Positions 26,605 to 36,526 of a stretch of DNA of 64,000 nt are shown here, piece after piece. A program made the translations under genes and the position numbers. The stretch lies in the IMG/VR virus record IMGVR_UViG_3300033075_000203; one strand, written 5' to 3'. Below the pieces are notes generated by a model. It saw nothing but the letters and a program-made list of their open reading frames with translations. It made no database searches and had not been told where the DNA came from. The stretch's first letter is position 1, and the number at the start of each line of letters is the position of its first letter. The DNA is from an uncultured virus (IMG/VR IMGVR_UViG_3300033075_000203) (Duplodnaviria; Heunggongvirae; Uroviricota; Caudoviricetes).

Positions 26605-28140
26605 ATGGCGCTGTCCGATCTCGTCACCGTAACCTACGTTTCGACCAACCCAGGCGTCACGCAAGCCGGCTTCGGCGTGCCGCTAATCCTGTCGCACAGC
26701 GCGACGTGGACCGAGCGCGTTCGTACCTACTCGGATCTCGACGGAGTAGCCGACGACTTCGCGGCGAACACGCCCGAGTACCTCGCCGCCGAGGTCATGT
26801 TCTCGCAGTCGACCGGGCTCACGTCGCTCAAGATCGGCCGCGCGGTCAACGTCCCGACGCAGCGGTTCAGGATCGAGTGCATCACCGCGACGGTCGGCGG
26901 CGTCTACAACTTTCGGATCGCAGCTCCCGACGGCGCCGCGTGGACGAGCCAGGACGTCACCTACACGGCCGAGGGTGCGACGCAGTGGCTCGCCGCAACG
27001 GCCTACACCGTCGGCGACGTCGTCACGAACGACTCGGGCAAGCTCTACGTCTGCCTCGTCGGCGGAACCTCGGCCGGCGCGGGCGGGCCGACGGGTACGA
27101 CGACGGCGATCATCGACAACACGATCACCTGGACCTACGCCGGCGCGGGCGCCGCGAACTCCACGAGCACCGACTGCATCATCCAGAACCTCAAGATCGC
27201 GCTCGACGCGCTCAACGATCCGGCGCCGAACGTCATCTCGTCGCTGCAAGGATCCGTGGGTTCGTACTATCTGCGCATCGCGACGAACGCGGGCGACTTC
27301 TTCGGGATCCAGGTCGACGATCTCGATCTGCTCGAGTGCTACCAGGATCACGCCGATCCCGGCGTCGCCGCCGATCTGACGGCGATCGCCAAGGCCGATC
27401 GGAACTGGTACGGGCTCGTCACGCTGTTCAACTCCGAGGCGCTCGTGCTCGCCGCCGCCGCGTGGGTCGAGGCGAACGAGAAGCTCTACACGCCCGACAC
27501 GCAGGACACGCGCGCTTGTACCGAGGCGCTCGCCGGAGCGACCGACATCATTACGCAACTTAAGACGCTCGCGTACGCGCGTACGGCAGCGATCTACCAC
27601 CCCGCGAACGACGAGTTCGCCGGCGCGGCGCGCATGGCCCGCTGGTTCCCGATCGATCCCGGCGGCGACAACTGGATCTACAAGACGCTCTCCGGCGTCT
27701 CAGCGACCGAGCTCAGCGCGACGCACGAGACGAACCTGCGAGACAAGTACGGCGACTGGTACGCCGAGCTCGCGGGCGTCAACATCGTCCAGGGCGCGGG
27801 TAAGGTTAGCGCGAACGAGTATATCGACGTGGTGCGCTTCCGCGACTGGTACAAGGCACGTCTCCAAGAGCGGTGCGCAAACGCGTTCATCCAAGAGGAG
27901 AAGATCCCGTACACCGACGACGGTATCGCAAAGATCGAAGCCATCGTCCGTAGCCTCAACGACGAGGGCATCGACGCCGGTGGCATTACCAAGGATCCGA
28001 AGCCGACGGTCATCGTGCCGAAGGCGGCGTCCGTCTCGTCGGCCAATCGCGCGGCGCGCATCCTGACCGGCGTCAAATCGACGTGGCGCCTGGCCGGAGC
28101 CATCAACGAGATCGACATCCGAGTGTCGGCCCAACCCTAA
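26605..28140 (+). CDS. contractile tail sheath (DUF3383-like) with inserted CBM-like module
   Basis: AGFGVPLIL, KTLSGV, YIDVVRFRDW, KIPYTDDG, LAGAI. Confidence 0.9.
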   Translation: MALSDLVTVTYVSTNPGVTQAGFGVPLILSHSATWTERVRTYSDLDGVADDFAANTPEYLAAEVMFSQSTGLTSLKIGRAVNVPTQRFRIECITATVGGVYNFRIAAPDGAAWTSQDVTYTAEGATQWLAATAYTVGDVVTNDSGKLYVCLVGGTSAGAGGPTGTTTAIIDNTITWTYAGAGAANSTSTDCIIQNLKIALDALNDPAPNVISSLQGSVGSYYLRIATNAGDFFGIQVDDLDLLECYQDHADPGVAADLTAIAKADRNWYGLVTLFNSEALVLAAAAWVEANEKLYTPDTQDTRACTEALAGATDIITQLKTLAYARTAAIYHPANDEFAGAARMARWFPIDPGGDNWIYKTLSGVSATELSATHETNLRDKYGDWYAELAGVNIVQGAGKVSANEYIDVVRFRDWYKARLQERCANAFIQEEKIPYTDDGIAKIEAIVRSLNDEGIDAGGITKDPKPTVIVPKAASVSSANRAARILTGVKSTWRLAGAINEIDIRVSAQP

Positions 28141-28159
28141 CCCGTAGTCGAGGACGAGA

Positions 28160-28603
28160 ATGCAGACCTGGGATCCGACCAATCATGTGCTCATCGTCGG
28201 CGCGCACACCGTCACCGGCTACGCGCCCGATACGTTCATCACGGCCTCGCGCAACGAGGACTCGATGTCGCTCGAGGTCGGCGCCGACGGGACGCCGGCG
28301 CGTATCCGCAACGCGAACAAGAGCGGGCGCTTTACGATCACGCTGATGAAGTCGTCGCCGTCGAACGACTTTCTCGCGACGCTGCACGCGCTCGACGAGG
28401 AGAGCGGAGCGGGCATCGTGCCCGTGCTCGTCAAGGACAACAACAACCTCGCGGGCACCGCAGTCGCCAGCGCGAACGCGGCCTGGATCGTCAAGCCCGC
28501 CGACTACGAGCGTGGCAAAGAGCTCGGGACGCAGCAGTGGATCCTCGAAACGGGACAACTCAACATCAGCTCGGGCGGGATCTCTGATATTGTTCCGACC
28601 TGA
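28160..28603 (+). CDS. tail tube protein (DUF3277-like)
   Basis: TWDP, VGADG, SGRFTITL..SSPSN.FL. Confidence 0.85.
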   Translation: MQTWDPTNHVLIVGAHTVTGYAPDTFITASRNEDSMSLEVGADGTPARIRNANKSGRFTITLMKSSPSNDFLATLHALDEESGAGIVPVLVKDNNNLAGTAVASANAAWIVKPADYERGKELGTQQWILETGQLNISSGGISDIVPT

Positions 28604-29106
28604 TGCCCAACATCCAACTCGGTAATCAGACCTTCACCGTCAACGCTCTGCTCGCCGAAGAATCCTTCGACCTACAACCCAAGCTCGCGCCGATCATTCC
28701 CGAGATCGCCCAGCTCGCGGCGATCTTCTCCGGCAGCCTCGCGCACCTCGCCGAAGTCGACAAGCGAGTCGACGAGGGTGAGCTGTCGAACAACGATCTG
28801 CTCGAGCAGATCCGCGACGTCTCTCGCGTCGTCGGTCCGATCGTCGAGCGCGTCTGTAAGCTCCTCTCGCCCGAGGATCTCCGTTACATCCGACGCACGC
28901 TGCTTCGCGATGCGCTTTGTGACGGGCGACCGCTCTACGCGGCGACACCCGACAAGCCGAGCCCGATCAACATCATCCTCCAGGGTCGAACGCTCGATAT
29001 GTGGCGCTTGATCATCTTCGCCGTGAAGGTGAGCTACCCGGATTTTTTCGCCCTCGGCGAGTCCGTCGCCCTTCGCTCGAGGACGGCAAGCCCCTCCGCG
29101 ACGTAG
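28603..29106 (+). CDS. tail assembly chaperone (G)
   Basis: Between tube and tape measure; contains YPDFF slippery site. Confidence 0.75.
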   Translation: MPNIQLGNQTFTVNALLAEESFDLQPKLAPIIPEIAQLAAIFSGSLAHLAEVDKRVDEGELSNNDLLEQIRDVSRVVGPIVERVCKLLSPEDLRYIRRTLLRDALCDGRPLYAATPDKPSPINIILQGRTLDMWRLIIFAVKVSYPDFFALGESVALRSRTASPSAT

Positions 29107-29312
29107 ACCGCCTCGCGCCGAAGTGGCCGCTCTGGCGCTTGGTCGTCCGCAAGTGGTGCACGCTCGGCGAGCTCCGCGCGCTGACGCGCGAACAGGTCAT
29201 CGACGCGAACGAATTATTGGACGCGCTCGACGAAGCCGAGGAAGATAGACGTCAAGAGGATGCCGAGCAGCACGGTAGGCACCCGACGAAAACCGGGCAG
29301 CGACGACGTTAA
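29043..29312 (+). CDS. tail assembly chaperone frameshift extension (T), reached by -1 frameshift
   Basis: T TTT TTC at 29043-29049; -1 frame encodes WRLVVRKWCTLGEL...DANELLD. Confidence 0.7.
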   Translation, partial: FFRPRRVRRPSLEDGKPLRDVDRLAPKWPLWRLVVRKWCTLGELRALTREQVIDANELLDALDEAEEDRRQEDAEQHGRHPTKTGQRRR

Positions 29313-29352
29313 ACGCCGCCGCGCTGTCCCTCGACCATAGGAGATCGCACCC

Positions 29353-29637
29353 ATGTCCGTACCTCGCACAACCCATCAGTGGCTCAAGCCGCTCTACGAC
29401 ATGCTCGAGGGCAAAGGTGGCCGTAACACGCAGTTCGGCTCGCCGACACTCCCGATCGGGCTCTACGGCTTCACGGGCTTTCTTCCCTTGACGACCGCCG
29501 CGGCCGGTCAGGTCACTGGCGCTACGGGCGCGGGACTTCCCTCGGGGCTCGGCTTCTTCAACGGCGGCACGGGTACGTGCTTCACCGTCAACGACGTCGT
29601 CAAGGCGCTCAAGAATCTCGGTGTTCTTCCGCTGTAG
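29353..29637 (+). CDS. small Gly-rich virion-like protein
   Basis: 94 aa, AGGAG RBS; ends VNDVVKALKNLGVL. Confidence 0.55.
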   Translation: MSVPRTTHQWLKPLYDMLEGKGGRNTQFGSPTLPIGLYGFTGFLPLTTAAAGQVTGATGAGLPSGLGFFNGGTGTCFTVNDVVKALKNLGVLPL

Positions 29638-29661
29638 TCCTCCTTCGCGTACACTCGCCAC

Positions 29662-31275
29662 ATGGCGATCCTGCGCGAGTTCCTCGCAAAACTAGGGCTC
29701 GACGTCGACGCGACATCGTTCGCGAAAGGTGAACTCGCGGCCAGTGGGATCAAGCTCGCGCTTGAGAAGGTCGTCGAGTGGGGCAAGCAAGCCGGCGAGG
29801 CGCTGCTCGACGTCGCGAAGGACGCGATCGAAACGGCGGCGAAGCTCGACGCCACGTCGCAGTCGATCGGCCTTAGCACCGATGCGTTGCAGGAGTTCGA
29901 CTACGTCGCGAGTCAGGCCAGCATCAGCACCGAAGAGATGCAGCAGTCGATCACGCTACTTTCACGATCGATGTTCGCGGCAAAGCAGGGCGGCGAAGAG
30001 CAAGCCAAGGTGTTCTCGAAGCTCGGCGTCAAGATCACCGACGCCAAAGGCAAGCTGCGCGGCGCGGACGAAGTCATCGGAGACGTCGCCGACAAGATCT
30101 CGAAGATGCCCGCCGGCACCGAAAAGACGGCTACGGCGATGGAGGTTTTCGGCAAGTCGGGGGCGAAGATGCTCCCCTTGCTCAACAAGGGAAGCGAAGG
30201 GATCGCCGAGCTTCGACAAGAGGCGCGCGATCTCGGGTTGGTGCTCGACAAGGAACTGATCGCTAAGGGATCGGAGATCGACGACACGTTCTCGTCGATA
30301 AAAAAGATCTGGGGCGGCATCAAATTCCAGGTCGGCGCTGCGTTCTTCCCCGACATCCTGAAGGCCGCGAAGGCGGTCAAAGAGTGGATCAAGAGCAACC
30401 GAGAGTTGATCCGCCAGTCGCTCGAGAGCGTGCTACGTGGGATCGCGAAGGCCGGTAAGATCGTCTACGAGGTGTTCCTCTTCGTCCAGCGCAATAGCGA
30501 TCTGCTCGTTGGCGCGCTCGAGGCGATGGCGACCGTCTTTCTGTTGCTCCAGGCGCGCGCTGTTTGGGCTGCTCGTAGCATGGCCTGGGCGTGGATCATC
30601 GCCAACGCGCCGCTGCTCGCGCTCTCCGCGGCGCTCGCGGGGATCCTGCTGTTCATCGACGACTTCCGCATGTTCCTCAAGTACGGCGACAAGGCGAACA
30701 CCTTGACCGGCGTGTTCCTTAAGAACGTCGACAAGTGGATGGAGCCGAAGAAGGACGATCCCTGGTGGGTCACGACCATCAAGGAGTTCCTTGGCTACGT
30801 GAAGGACGCGATTCAGAAGCTCCGTGAGCTCGACGCGCTGATCAACGGATCGAAAATGACCGAGCAGGCCGACGCAGCGGCGGCTCGTCCGGCGTGGGAC
30901 ATTCAACGTCAAGCGGATACAGCTACCGCGATGTCTGCTCGGAATCGTCTAGCCGCCGGACAGAAACTTAACGAGACAGAGCTTCTCGCTCTCGATCGCT
31001 TGCGAAACACGGATCCGTCGCAGTTCTTTGCGATGCCTAGCGCGAAATTCTCAGACTTCGCTTTGCGGACAAAGAACAGCGTCGGCGATCTTACAACGCC
31101 GACGCTCGAGCGCGCGACGAAGGGCAACACGAAGATCGTCTCGAGCGACTTCTCGCCGACGTTCGTGTTCAACGGTGATCCGAAAGAGAACGGCGAGATC
31201 GTCGAGGCGAAGGTCGTACCGATGATCGAGCAGGTGCTCCAGAAGCATCTACAGCACGCGAAGGACGACGACTAA
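29662..31275 (+). CDS. tape measure protein (short, 537 aa)
   Basis: Helical Ala/Lys-rich, FGKSG..MLPLL motif, hydrophobic segment; synteny. Confidence 0.85.
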   Translation: MAILREFLAKLGLDVDATSFAKGELAASGIKLALEKVVEWGKQAGEALLDVAKDAIETAAKLDATSQSIGLSTDALQEFDYVASQASISTEEMQQSITLLSRSMFAAKQGGEEQAKVFSKLGVKITDAKGKLRGADEVIGDVADKISKMPAGTEKTATAMEVFGKSGAKMLPLLNKGSEGIAELRQEARDLGLVLDKELIAKGSEIDDTFSSIKKIWGGIKFQVGAAFFPDILKAAKAVKEWIKSNRELIRQSLESVLRGIAKAGKIVYEVFLFVQRNSDLLVGALEAMATVFLLLQARAVWAARSMAWAWIIANAPLLALSAALAGILLFIDDFRMFLKYGDKANTLTGVFLKNVDKWMEPKKDDPWWVTTIKEFLGYVKDAIQKLRELDALINGSKMTEQADAAAARPAWDIQRQADTATAMSARNRLAAGQKLNETELLALDRLRNTDPSQFFAMPSAKFSDFALRTKNSVGDLTTPTLERATKGNTKIVSSDFSPTFVFNGDPKENGEIVEAKVVPMIEQVLQKHLQHAKDDD

Positions 31276-31943
31276 TGGCGACCGTCGCAGTGATCCCGCG
31301 CCCGGGTAAAATCTCCGTCGACGACACGTCGATCGTCATGGACGCCGTGCGCACGGAGACGCACGATCTGGCGAACACGATCACGGATCATCCCGTCGAA
31401 GAGGGCGACAACGTCAGCGATCACTCGCGCCCCGAGCCCGATCGCGTGACCATGACGTGCATCCTGACGAATACGCCGCTCTCGACGAGCGATCAGACGC
31501 AGAAGATCCGCCGCGGAGAGTACACCATCAGCTCTGTCGGACAAGAGCGCGGCGCGATCGGCGACACCGAAGGCGTCGCGATGGCGTCGTGGAAGAAGCT
31601 CAAGGACCTTCGCACAAAGGGTACGCTCGTCACTGTCGCGACGACGCTCGGAGACTACACGACGATGGGCATCGTCACGATCTCCGTTCCGCGCGCCGCG
31701 AAGAACTACGACGGCCTCGAGTTCACCATCACGTTCAAGAAGGTCCGCATCGTCAAGAACAAGCTCACGCAGTCGGTCAAGAGCACCGATCCGGCGAGTC
31801 AGCGTAAGAAGAAAGCCGGAGCGCAGGCAACGAAAGAAGCCGAGGTGAAGCCCGGTTCTCTCGTGTACAACGGAGGCGACCAACTCGTCGGCGTGAACAA
31901 CGGCGTCAAGGCGGTGGGCGCTTTCCTCGGCGGTGGACAGTGA
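31275..31943 (+). CDS. baseplate/tail tube initiator protein
   Basis: ITDHPVEEG.NVSDH motif. Confidence 0.8.
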   Translation: MATVAVIPRPGKISVDDTSIVMDAVRTETHDLANTITDHPVEEGDNVSDHSRPEPDRVTMTCILTNTPLSTSDQTQKIRRGEYTISSVGQERGAIGDTEGVAMASWKKLKDLRTKGTLVTVATTLGDYTTMGIVTISVPRAAKNYDGLEFTITFKKVRIVKNKLTQSVKSTDPASQRKKKAGAQATKEAEVKPGSLVYNGGDQLVGVNNGVKAVGAFLGGGQ

Positions 31944-32281
31944 TTGAGATCCCGATCCCTCGACCCGAAGGGGCGCCGCTGCCGTGGTTCGACATGCAGG
32001 TCGTGCTCGACTCGGTTACGTACACGCTCGAGCTACGCTGGAACAAGCGCGCCGCAGCATGGTTCCTGACGCTCTGGGACGAGACGGCATCGACGCGACT
32101 CTATGCGAGTATGAAGGCCGTAATCGCCTGGCCGCTAAACGCCTACCGATCCGGCGCGAAGCTACCCGGCATGCTCATCCTCTTCGACACGTCCGGCCAG
32201 TCGCTCGCTCCTGCGCTTACCGATCTCGGCGATCGTGTTCGGCTCTACTACATCACGGCGGCGGATCTTGGCCTCGGGTAG
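31940..32281 (+). CDS. baseplate protein
   Basis: Y.LELRWN.R...W, LGDRVRLYY. Confidence 0.75.
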   Translation: MIEIPIPRPEGAPLPWFDMQVVLDSVTYTLELRWNKRAAAWFLTLWDETASTRLYASMKAVIAWPLNAYRSGAKLPGMLILFDTSGQSLAPALTDLGDRVRLYYITAADLGLG

Positions 32282-33158
32282 AGATCTCTACGGCCGGACG
32301 GCCCGCGTGATCGTCTCGACTCCGGCGGGCGGCGACTATCATTCGACCTCGCGCGACGAGCTCGAGATCAACGGCGGCGACGGCGAGAACGTCTCGGGTC
32401 TGCGCGTCGTATTCAAGGCAGAGCTCAGCGACTCGAAAGAGCCGAGCAAAGCCGAGGTGCAGATCTACAACCTGAACGCCGACAGCCGTAAGATCCTCCA
32501 GCGCAAGGGTGTCAAGGTGCTGCTCGAGGCCGGCTACGAAAGCGTGGGTAATTCGCGTCTCTTCGTCGGCGATCTCAAGAGCGTCGATCACAAGAACGAC
32601 AAGGCCGACTGGATCTCGAAGCTCTCGATCTCTGACGGCGGGCGCGCGTGGAAGCACGCCCGCGTGCAGGAGAGCTTCGCGCCGGGAACGACCGCGGGCG
32701 ACGTGCTCCGCTACCTCGGCGATGCGTCGGGGCTCCAGCTCGGGAACCTCCCCGAAACGATCCTCGATCTGACCAAGACCTACGACCAAGGCTACATCGT
32801 CTCCGGGCGATGGTCCGACGAGATGAAGCGGTTTTGCAAGAGCGTCGGATACGAGTTCTGGATCCAAGATCAAACGCTCCAGATGCGCCTCCCGGGCGGC
32901 GAGCTGCGCAGCGCGCTACCGGAGATCTCCGCGAGCTCGGGGCTTATCGGATCGCCCGAGTTCGGCTCGCCCGAGAAGAAGGGCAAGCCGCGACTCATCA
33001 AGTTCAAGACGCTCCTCCAGCCGACGAAGATCGGCGCGAAGGTTCGCCTCAAGAGCCGCGACTACGACGGCGACGTCGTCGTCAAGAAAGCGAGCTTCGA
33101 GGGCGACACGCACGGCAACGAGTGGTATACGACCTTCGAAGGTGTGTTGAAAAAATGA
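32268..33158 (+). CDS. baseplate hub protein
   Basis: IYNLN, LEAGY, LFVGD, SGLIGSP, GDTHGNEW. Confidence 0.8.
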   Translation: MASGRDLYGRTARVIVSTPAGGDYHSTSRDELEINGGDGENVSGLRVVFKAELSDSKEPSKAEVQIYNLNADSRKILQRKGVKVLLEAGYESVGNSRLFVGDLKSVDHKNDKADWISKLSISDGGRAWKHARVQESFAPGTTAGDVLRYLGDASGLQLGNLPETILDLTKTYDQGYIVSGRWSDEMKRFCKSVGYEFWIQDQTLQMRLPGGELRSALPEISASSGLIGSPEFGSPEKKGKPRLIKFKTLLQPTKIGAKVRLKSRDYDGDVVVKKASFEGDTHGNEWYTTFEGVLKK

Positions 33159-33877
33159 GCGAGCGTATCACGTTATCCGAGCTTCTCGATCAACGTCTCG
33201 CCTCGAAGGGTCGATCGGTACCTCGAGCGATGCCGGCGAAGATCGTAAAGTGGGACGCCGACAAGCAGCGCGCGAACTGCAAGATCCTCGTCCAGCAGCC
33301 GTACGAGGACGAAGAGGGCGAGCGCAAGGTCGAGAGCGTCGCCGTCGTTCCCGGCGTCCCCGTCATGTGGCCGCAGGCGGGCGGCTTCCGGTTGACGTGT
33401 CCGATCTCCGACGGGACGCAGTCGGCAGCGACGACGGGGCTGCTCATCTGGTGCAATCGATCGATCGATCGCTGGCTCTCGGGCGACGGTAAGGAAGTCG
33501 ATCCCGAGCTCGATCACGAGGACTCGATCGCCGACGCGGTGTTCATCCCCGGGCTCAACCCGTTCGCCGCGCCGATCGGAGACTTCCCGACGGACCATGC
33601 GACCTTCGGCGCCGACGACGGCGTCCAGGCGCACTTTCGATCCGACGTGATCTGCATCGGCGACGAGAGCGGCGCGCAGTTCATCGCGCTCGCCGACAAG
33701 GTCAAGACCGAGCTCGACAACATTCAAAGCACGCTCGACACGCTCGTCGGAATCTACAACGCGCATACGCACACGTGGTCTGGCTTCGGTAGCGGAACCA
33801 CGGCGACGCCAGTAGCGCAGCAGACCAACGATTATGCGGCGCAAGCCGTCGCAGCCTCGCAAGCCAAAGCGAAGTAG
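33155..33877 (+). CDS. baseplate central spike (Gp138-like)
   Basis: VPV.WP..GG, RSIDRW, DAVFIPG, HTH metal-binding tip YNAHTH. Confidence 0.8.
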   Translation: MSERITLSELLDQRLASKGRSVPRAMPAKIVKWDADKQRANCKILVQQPYEDEEGERKVESVAVVPGVPVMWPQAGGFRLTCPISDGTQSAATTGLLIWCNRSIDRWLSGDGKEVDPELDHEDSIADAVFIPGLNPFAAPIGDFPTDHATFGADDGVQAHFRSDVICIGDESGAQFIALADKVKTELDNIQSTLDTLVGIYNAHTHTWSGFGSGTTATPVAQQTNDYAAQAVAASQAKAK

Positions 33878-33885
33878 GAGGACAC

Positions 33886-34089
33886 ATGGATCCCGTATGG
33901 CAGGAGCTACAGCAACCGAGCGCCGACGATCTCGCGCGCAAGCTCGAGCAGGCGACGTTCAACGAGCGCGTACGCTGCGCGCAAGTCGTTCGCGCCGAGA
34001 TCGAGCAAGGCCGGCAAGCGGGTATCCCCGAGACGAGCGCGGCGATGCGTATCCTCGCGAGGATCTGCTCTGCTATCGAAAACGGCTGA
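33886..34089 (+). CDS. hypothetical protein
   Basis: 67 aa, AGGAGG RBS. Confidence 0.5.
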   Translation: MDPVWQELQQPSADDLARKLEQATFNERVRCAQVVRAEIEQGRQAGIPETSAAMRILARICSAIENG

Positions 34090-34108
34090 GCCGTTGTAGA
34101 CTCGGCCC

Positions 34109-34477
34109 ATGGCCGAAGCCATCCGAGATTTTGGCGTTACGGAGGACAACGAGCTCGACGTCGTCGGCAACGACTTCGTCCGCGTGTCCGGTCGCGAGGC
34201 GACGATCCAAGGCTCGCGGATCCGCGTCGGCATCTACCGTGGCGAGATCATCGAGAACCAAGCGATCGGCGTCGACTGGGTCGCTCGGCTCGGCAACAAG
34301 CTCACCGATCCGTTCGTGCTCCGCGAAGAGATCCGCGAGCGTATCGCGAGCGTTCCCGACGTGATCTCCGTCGTCGGATCACAGATCGTCACCGACGAGA
34401 ACCGTCGCGGATCGGTTCGCTTTCGCTTTCGCGACGCGTTCTCGACGTCGTCCGTCGACGGCGAGACGGTGATCTAA
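34109..34477 (+). CDS. baseplate wedge/sheath initiator (gp25-like)
   Basis: RGE....GVDW, IASVPDV; precedes baseplate J. Confidence 0.65.
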   Translation: MAEAIRDFGVTEDNELDVVGNDFVRVSGREATIQGSRIRVGIYRGEIIENQAIGVDWVARLGNKLTDPFVLREEIRERIASVPDVISVVGSQIVTDENRRGSVRFRFRDAFSTSSVDGETVI

Positions 34478-34478
34478 C

Positions 34479-35951
34479 GTGGCTACCTACGGCATCACTC
34501 CCGAAGGGTTCGTCCTCAAGGAGCGCACGACGATCCTCGACGAGCTCGACGTCGGACTAAAAGGCATCCTCGGCGAGTCCGCGGGTACCGAGCCCGACGG
34601 ATCGATCCCGCTCGATTCCGTCGCCGGGCAGATCAAGGTCTTGATCGCCGACGGACTCGCCGAAACGTGGGAGCTGCTCCAGGCGATCTCGGCCGCCTTC
34701 GATACGGGTCAGGCCGAGAACGCCGCGCTCGACGCGCTCGCGGCGCTTACGGGCACGATCCGCAACGAGGCGACGAACAGCGTAACGACGCTGCGCTGCT
34801 TCGGTGACTACGGCACGGCGCTTCCCGTCGGTCGCATCGTTCGACACTCGACGACGCTCGATAAGTTCTCAAGCACCGTCGCCGGGACGATGTTACTACC
34901 GATTACAAACTGGTCAGCGTTGACCGCCTACGCCGTCGGCGACGTCGTCTCGGTATTCGCGACGCAGCGGATCTACTGGTGTACGACCGCCGGTACGTCC
35001 GACGCCGCAGCTCCGACGGGAGAAACCGACAGCGTTACCGACAACTCCGTCGTCTGGCGCTACCTCGGTCGCGGGCTCCACTACGTCGACGTCGAGGTCC
35101 AGGCGATCGAGACGGGACCGATCGGCGCCGCTGCCGGAACGCTGACCGACATCCGCACTCCCGTCTCGGGTTGGAACGCGGCGATCAACCTCGCCGACGT
35201 CACCGCCGGCAGCAACATCGAAAGCGATCCCGCTCTACGCGCGCGACGCGACGCCGAGCTCGCGGGTCAATCCAGCTCGAGCCCCGACGGCATCTACGCC
35301 GCGGTGTCGCGCGTCAACGCGGGATCGACCGATCCAAGCCATCAACCACCGACGGCTGTTCGCGTGTTCTACAACGACACGGACTACACCGACTCCGACG
35401 GGCTGCCGCCTCACTCGGTCGAGGTGCTCGTACGAGGAGGAACGGATCAAGACATCGCCGAGGCCGTGTTCACCTCTGTCGCGGCGGGCACGCGCACGTA
35501 TGGCAACCAGACGTCGACCGTCGTCGACAGCGAAGGCGTTTCGCAGACCGTTCGATGGTCGCGCCCGGAAGAGGTCGAGATCTACGTCGACATGACGATC
35601 AAGTTCGACGCCGCCGCATGGCCGGCTGGTTCGGAGACGCTGATCGCGCAGGCGGCGATCTCGGCGCTGCTCACGCAGGTCGAGACGTTCCCGATCGCGC
35701 AAGACGTTCGCGTCTCACCGCTCATGGCGTACGTGCTCACGGGCGCGTACCAGACCGACGACGCTGGTAACGCCGTCGTCCCCGCCGCCGCGGGCTCGTC
35801 GGCGATCCCCGGGCTGCTCGAGGTCGAGTCGCTCTACATCGGTACGACTCCGTCGCCGAGCACGTCGACGCAGCTCGGTATCCAGTCGCGACAGGTCGCC
35901 GTGTTCGACACGACGCGCACGACCGCGACGGCGGTAGCCGAGGAGCCGTAG
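34479..35951 (+). CDS. baseplate J-like wedge protein with inserted CBM-like module
   Basis: YGITPEGF, ESDPALRARR, GLPPHSVEV.V.GG, AAGTRTYG. Confidence 0.9.
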   Translation: MATYGITPEGFVLKERTTILDELDVGLKGILGESAGTEPDGSIPLDSVAGQIKVLIADGLAETWELLQAISAAFDTGQAENAALDALAALTGTIRNEATNSVTTLRCFGDYGTALPVGRIVRHSTTLDKFSSTVAGTMLLPITNWSALTAYAVGDVVSVFATQRIYWCTTAGTSDAAAPTGETDSVTDNSVVWRYLGRGLHYVDVEVQAIETGPIGAAAGTLTDIRTPVSGWNAAINLADVTAGSNIESDPALRARRDAELAGQSSSSPDGIYAAVSRVNAGSTDPSHQPPTAVRVFYNDTDYTDSDGLPPHSVEVLVRGGTDQDIAEAVFTSVAAGTRTYGNQTSTVVDSEGVSQTVRWSRPEEVEIYVDMTIKFDAAAWPAGSETLIAQAAISALLTQVETFPIAQDVRVSPLMAYVLTGAYQTDDAGNAVVPAAAGSSAIPGLLEVESLYIGTTPSPSTSTQLGIQSRQVAVFDTTRTTATAVAEEP

Positions 35952-35954
35952 CGC

Positions 35955-36521
35955 ATGGCGACGATCGACTACATCTCCGACTGGCAGAAGAAGCTCCGCA
36001 AGCGGCTCTATCAGCAGTTCCGCACGAAGGTCACGTGGCAAGCGTTGGCCGACATGCTCGCGGCGCAGTTCCAAGATCTCGAGGACGCGGCGCAGTCGGT
36101 GCTCAGCATCGTTTCGATCGACGACAGCGAGGGCGTTCAGCTCGATCAGATCGGGGCGCTGATCGGTCAACCGCGACTCGGGGTTAACGACTCGACGTAC
36201 AGAGGTTTTCTTCGCGCTCGAATCATAGCAAACAGAGCCGCGGGTCGCATCGAAGAGATCTATAGAGTTTTGAACGCTTCCGTCGGCGAAGTAGGCTACA
36301 AGATCTTGCTCAGTGGAGCGAAAGCGATCGACGTAATCGTCGTTAGTGCGATCGACGCGTTCGATTCATATATCGCTCAACTCTTCGTTCGCGATTGCAA
36401 AGACGCCGGAGTCCACGCGATCGTAGAGTGGCGTACGTCTGAGTCGAACACGTTTTGTTTTCTGGGCGGCGTCGGCGGCGGTTTCGATGTCGGTCTAATG
36501 GCTGACGCTAGAGAGGTCTGA
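35955..36521 (+). CDS. baseplate wedge protein (DUF2612-like)
   Basis: GVQLDQIGALIGQPR, D..YR..LRARI. Confidence 0.8.
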   Translation: MATIDYISDWQKKLRKRLYQQFRTKVTWQALADMLAAQFQDLEDAAQSVLSIVSIDDSEGVQLDQIGALIGQPRLGVNDSTYRGFLRARIIANRAAGRIEEIYRVLNASVGEVGYKILLSGAKAIDVIVVSAIDAFDSYIAQLFVRDCKDAGVHAIVEWRTSESNTFCFLGGVGGGFDVGLMADAREV

Positions 36522-36526
36522 AAGCG

